Shown: positions 60,113 to 64,000 of the stretch, piece after piece | How positions within the stretch are numbered: position 1 is the stretch's first letter | Layout of the letters: every line of letters begins with the position of its first letter | NCBI GenBank assembly: GCA_963801355.1 | Contig: CAWDEM010000008.1 | Location: forward strand, 1,920,001-1,984,000 | Length of the DNA: 64,000 nucleotides | Source: Ignavibacteriota bacterium | GTDB lineage: Bacteria; Bacteroidota; Ignavibacteria; UBA10030; UBA6906 | Reading direction: 5' to 3' | The notes under the pieces: generated by a model | Told to the model about the DNA's origin: nothing | What the model saw: the letters and a program-made list of their open reading frames with translations, nothing else | Database searches by the model: none | Made by a program: the position numbers and the translations under genes

Positions 60113-61167
60113 GTCAATACCGTGCGTGGAGTGGAGCCGGTGAGCACCTGCATCTTCGCGCCGCACGAGCGGCGCACAATCAGATCCGGAAGAAACATTG
60201 TCAGTGTCGGGAGATCGTCCGGCTCCTTCATGCGGCGCATCAGCTTCTCCATCGCCAGCTGCCCCATCTCGTACATGGGCTGACGCATTGTGGTCAGCTC
60301 GGCATATTGCGCGAGCTCGATGTCGTCGAATCCCACGATGGCAAGATCCTCAGGGATGCGTACGCCCGCCGTCCGCGCCGCTTCAAGCGCTCCGATGGCC
60401 TGCACATCACTTGCGATGACCACAGCGGTGGCGCGGTCCGGTCCGGTGTTCCGCTCCAGCAGGCGCCGCATCGATTCGCGCCCTGCCTCACGGCTGAACC
60501 CGTCGTTCTTGCCGAAATCGCCGATGACAAGAAGGTCCGATCGAAACGGAATGCCCGCCTCTTCCAACCCCATGCGATATCCTTCCAATCGCTCCAGCGC
60601 GGGCTGAGTAGACAGATTCGCGTTGATCATGGCGATGGAACGATGACCCAGGGCCACAAGATGTCGTGTCGCTGCAAGCGCCCCGTCGCGGTTCTGCACG
60701 CGGATCGAGTCAAACTTCGGGTGAAACGCATCCACCAGGACCAGCGGCAGACGCGTTTGCTCGAACTTGGCCGCGTGTGCCTCCGGAAGCTTCATGGAAA
60801 AAAAGAGGACACCGTCGACGTGACCGCGGTGCGACGAACGACGGAGGTATTCATCCACCTGTGCGGGATGATTCACGCTGTAAAGGATCAAATCGACACC
60901 GCAGTCGGCAGCATAATCCTGCACGCCCTGCAACACCTGAACGAAAAAATAGTTCGTGAAGGAGGGAATGATGACTGAGATCGTGTTGGTGCGGCGCGAC
61001 GCGAGGCGCTGGGCCTGCGCATGCGGTTGATAACTGAGTCGTATGGCTGCTGCGAGAACTTTTGCACGGGTCGGAGCTGAGACGTGGGGCTGATCATTCA
61101 AACAGCGTGAAACCGTCCCAATACCGACGCCTGCTTCGCGCGCCAGATCGTAGATAGTAACTCCCAT
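60109..61167 (-). CDS. LacI-family transcriptional regulator
   Basis: TIYDLAREAGVGIGTVSR HTH, Y.P...A..L hinge, P.D...VGFDD, LTT..QP. Confidence 0.96.
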   Translation of the reverse strand: MGVTIYDLAREAGVGIGTVSRCLNDQPHVSAPTRAKVLAAAIRLSYQPHAQAQRLASRRTNTISVIIPSFTNYFFVQVLQGVQDYAADCGVDLILYSVNHPAQVDEYLRRSSHRGHVDGVLFFSMKLPEAHAAKFEQTRLPLVLVDAFHPKFDSIRVQNRDGALAATRHLVALGHRSIAMINANLSTQPALERLEGYRMGLEEAGIPFRSDLLVIGDFGKNDGFSREAGRESMRRLLERNTGPDRATAVVIASDVQAIGALEAARTAGVRIPEDLAIVGFDDIELAQYAELTTMRQPMYEMGQLAMEKLMRRMKEPDDLPTLTMFLPDLIVRRSCGAKMQVLTGSTPRTVLT

Positions 61168-61210
61168 CGATGGGGAGCAGTTCAGTATACAAGTGAGAAG
61201 GAGGTGAACC

Positions 61211-61232
61211 TTTTTGGAAGCGCTTCCATAAA
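61211..61232. promoter_or_regulatory. LacI-type operator
   Basis: Perfect CG-centred palindrome TGGAAGCGCTTCCA (61215-61228) extended by TTT/AAA, directly downstream of the lacI -10 box. Confidence 0.8.
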
Positions 61233-61259
61233 GATAGAGTTTTCGAGCTGATTAGTCAA
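61231..61259 (-). promoter_or_regulatory. sigma70 promoter of the lacI operon
   Basis: Minus strand TTGACT-17 nt-TATCTT. Confidence 0.65.
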
Positions 61260-61314
61260 GATATTTTTTTCCGGCAGTTCAAAATACGAGGCCCTTGTTC
61301 AGATGCCCGCCCTG

Positions 61315-61343
61315 TTGCGTTTTCCTCCATCCGTGGCTATATT
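61315..61343 (+). promoter_or_regulatory. sigma70 promoter of malK-GH31
   Basis: TTGCGT-17 nt-TATATT. Confidence 0.55.
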
Positions 61344-61401
61344 CTTTACACTATCGTGAGCTGAATTCACGGATCGCCTCCCCCTACGACAGGCTCCCCC
61401 C

Positions 61402-62505
61402 ATGGCTGAAGTAAAGCTCGAAAATGTCTCGAAAATCTACGACGGCAAAGTTACAGCCGTCCGCGACGTCAACGTCACTATTAATGATAAAGAGTTCGTC
61501 GTTCTCGTCGGGCCCTCCGGATGCGGCAAATCTACTGTGCTCAGGATGATCGCAGGACTGGAGGAAATCACTGCGGGCACTGTGACCATCGGCGACCGCA
61601 TCGTGAACGATGTCCCCCCGAAAGACCGCGACATTGCGATGGTCTTTCAGAACTATGCCCTCTATCCACACATGACGGTGTATGACAATCTCGCGTTCGG
61701 TTTGAAGCTCAGGAAGTACAGCAAACCGGAAATCGACCAGCGCGTCAAGGAAGCCGCAAAGATCCTCGGGATCGAAAGCTACCTCGAGCGAAAACCCAAG
61801 GCCCTCTCCGGCGGCCAGCGTCAACGCGTGGCGCTCGGCAGAGCCATCGTCCGGCAACCCAAGGTCTTTCTTTTCGACGAACCCCTGAGCAACCTCGACG
61901 CCAACCTCCGGGTCCAGATGCGCACGGAAATCTCGCGGCTGCACCACCGCCTTCAGACAACCATGATCTACGTCACTCATGATCAGATCGAAGCAATGTC
62001 CATGGGCGACCGGATTGTCGTTATGCGCGATGGCGTCGTGCAACAGGTCGATACTCCCCTGACGATTTATCACCACCCGACCAACAAGTTTGTTGCCGGC
62101 TTCATCGGAAGCCCGACCATGAACTTCATTGCCGGCCGGCTGCAAATGAACGGCACGGTCTCATTCCGGCAGGACGATGCGAACCTGACCCTTCCGCTGC
62201 CTTCTTCTCTCGCAGAACGGATGAAGGGTGTTTCCGCAGGACCGGTGACCCTGGGCATCCGCCCCGAGCACATCCATATGTACAAACCCGCCGATGTCAC
62301 AACAGTTGCGCCCATCCCGGCGATGATCGACGTGGTGGAGCCCGTCGGCAACGAGATCTTCGTGTACTTCACCACGGGCGCATCTGCACAGCTCGTGGCA
62401 CGCATTGCGACCGACCACCCGCCGGTCGTCGGCAAGCAGTCTGAATTGCTCGTCGATACTTCCCGTATCCACCTTTTCGATCACTCAACCGAACGCGCGC
62501 TCTAG
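61402..62505 (+). CDS. malK: Sugar ABC transporter ATPase (MalK/MsmX/UgpC family)
   Basis: [57 protein letters not shown]. Confidence 0.93.
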   Translation: MAEVKLENVSKIYDGKVTAVRDVNVTINDKEFVVLVGPSGCGKSTVLRMIAGLEEITAGTVTIGDRIVNDVPPKDRDIAMVFQNYALYPHMTVYDNLAFGLKLRKYSKPEIDQRVKEAAKILGIESYLERKPKALSGGQRQRVALGRAIVRQPKVFLFDEPLSNLDANLRVQMRTEISRLHHRLQTTMIYVTHDQIEAMSMGDRIVVMRDGVVQQVDTPLTIYHHPTNKFVAGFIGSPTMNFIAGRLQMNGTVSFRQDDANLTLPLPSSLAERMKGVSAGPVTLGIRPEHIHMYKPADVTTVAPIPAMIDVVEPVGNEIFVYFTTGASAQLVARIATDHPPVVGKQSELLVDTSRIHLFDHSTERAL

Positions 62506-62509
62506 ACCA

Positions 62510-64000
62510 ATGTCGCACCTCCGCTTCTGCTTCCTCGTGTTCTTTCTTCCAGCAACTGTGGCAGGGCAATGGCAGACGATCGGCAATGCGGACCTGTCCG
62601 CTGCTCAGGGACGAAGTGCGGCGACGCTCACAGCGTCCGGTGCCACGCTCGCCATCAACGTCCTTGCCGACGACCTTGTGCGGATTCACCTTACCCCGCC
62701 GGCAGCGCGCGGACAGAAGTCTCCCGCACCGTCACCTTCGTGGGCCGTGGTCAAGACCGATTGGCCTCCGGTGCGCGCAGAAATTGCCGATGCCCCCGAT
62801 GCGCTGACGATTACCACGGCGGCCCTGCAGATCCGCGTCGGGAAGAAGCCTGTCCGCATCGCTTTCTACGATCGATCCGGCACGCTGCTGAATGCCGACC
62901 ACCCGCTGAAAGGTATGGCCTGGATGAGCCGCATGCGGCCCGATTCGCTCCGCGATGCCCCGGGCACCGCCGGGGCGGAGGTGCGCGTCTGGAAATCGAA
63001 CCCGCCCGATGCCCGGTACTTCGGGTTAGGCGAGAAGGCCGGATCATTCGTGCAAGGGGGGAAAAGCCTGACAATGTGGAACGCCGATATACCGGCCTAC
63101 ACTGAAGCTACCGATCCACTGTACCAGACGATCCCCTTCTTCATGGGTATCCGTGCGGGCCGGGCGTACGGGATTTTCTTTGACAACACCTACTGGTCGA
63201 ACTTCGATATGGGGAAGGAATCCCGCGATCAGTACTCGTTCGGCGCAGAAGGAGGAGACCTCGACTACTATTTCTTTGCCGGACCGACCCCCAAGTCGAT
63301 CCTTACACGGTTCACCGAACTCGTCGGACGCATGCCGCTGCCCCCCCTCTGGTCACTCGGATATCAGCAGTGCAGGTGGAGCTATTCACCGGAAAGCCGG
63401 GTGCGCGAGATCGCACGCGGCTTCCGCGAGAACAACATTCCCTGCGACGTCCTATACCTCGATATCGATTACATGGACGGGTTCAGAATATTCACCTGGA
63501 ATCCTTCAGCCTTTCCCGACCCGCGCCGCCTGGTGAGCGATCTCTCCGCGCAGGGATTCCGCGTCGCAGTCATCATGGATCCGGGTATCAAAACAGATTC
63601 GATGTATGCCGCGTACCGATCCGGCCTCGCAGCCGATGCTTTCCTGAAATATCCCGATGGACGTATCTTCATGGGAGACGTCTGGCCGGGCCGCTGCGCG
63701 TTTCCCGATTTTACCTCCGATGCCGCCCGCCGCTGGTGGGGTGACCGGATGTCCGATCTGGTTGACGTCGGAGTGCGCGGATACTGGAACGACATGAACG
63801 AACCGTCGGTCTTCAATACTCCCACAAAAACGGTGGATCTGACGGTGCTCCACAACGACCGCGGACTGTGGACGCGCCATGCCAAGAATCACAACATTTA
63901 CGGCATGCAGATGACGCGCGCGACGTATGAAGGCTTGCTGCGCCACAATCCCTCAGAGCGTCCCTTCGTGCTCACCCGGGCATCCTATGCCGGCGGCTGG
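62510..64000 (+). CDS. GH31 alpha-glucosidase, exported, truncated by the window end
   Basis: Absent from the ORF track because it has no stop. ATG 62510 MSHLRFCFLVFFLPATVAGQW (signal); GLGE, PLYQ.IPF, W.LGYQQ, LDIDYM, in-frame YWNDMNEP (W at 63785), HNIYG, RPF.LTR. Confidence 0.93.
   Translation, partial: MSHLRFCFLVFFLPATVAGQWQTIGNADLSAAQGRSAATLTASGATLAINVLADDLVRIHLTPPAARGQKSPAPSPSWAVVKTDWPPVRAEIADAPDALTITTAALQIRVGKKPVRIAFYDRSGTLLNADHPLKGMAWMSRMRPDSLRDAPGTAGAEVRVWKSNPPDARYFGLGEKAGSFVQGGKSLTMWNADIPAYTEATDPLYQTIPFFMGIRAGRAYGIFFDNTYWSNFDMGKESRDQYSFGAEGGDLDYYFFAGPTPKSILTRFTELVGRMPLPPLWSLGYQQCRWSYSPESRVREIARGFRENNIPCDVLYLDIDYMDGFRIFTWNPSAFPDPRRLVSDLSAQGFRVAVIMDPGIKTDSMYAAYRSGLAADAFLKYPDGRIFMGDVWPGRCAFPDFTSDAARRWWGDRMSDLVDVGVRGYWNDMNEPSVFNTPTKTVDLTVLHNDRGLWTRHAKNHNIYGMQMTRATYEGLLRHNPSERPFVLTRASYAGGW

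Noticed and set aside
1-64000. CRISPR array, IS element, prophage, rRNA or defence system
   Set aside because: No regularly spaced repeats, transposase, phage or cas-like ORFs were seen, and the intergenic gaps are all short.

Overview
GC-rich bacterial chromosomal window, almost fully coding. T9SS C-terminal sorting domains (QNYPNPFNP...), a PorV-like gene, LPS genes, Shine-Dalgarno sites and canonical sigma70-type -35/-10 promoters point to an Ignavibacteria-like lineage of the FCB group (inference). Positions 1-21.6 kb are housekeeping-type: leuS, a tyrosine-recombinase-fold gene lacking three catalytic residues, an RsbU/RsbW/RsbV/RsbU partner-switching cluster with no sigma factor, MATE, a TPR protein, tRNA-Arg(CCG), an Fbp-type ABC transporter, a PIG-L deacetylase, tsaC, waaF-like, lpxL-like, a GWxTD protein, yjbQ and a receiver protein. 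Positions 21.7-64 kb form one alpha-glucan (starch/glycogen/pullulan) utilisation locus of more than 42 kb: GH133, GH57, four GH13s, GH31 (runs off the end), MalEFG plus MalK, two MFS transporters, and LacI with a perfect operator. The best candidate for a new system is its outer-membrane module, which has no SusD. A LacI-led operon encodes a GH13 lipoprotein, a double-parvulin PPIase, a TonB-dependent transporter, a 1229-aa Asp-repeat protein with a divergent T9SS-like CTD and a PorV-like barrel. A T9SS-exported propeller/CBM protein follows, and three SGNH-TPR membrane paralogues are interleaved. Four genes carry apparent single-base insertions, most likely assembly errors. No CRISPR array, rRNA or intact mobile element was seen. 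All family calls come from reading motifs by eye, not from database searches.
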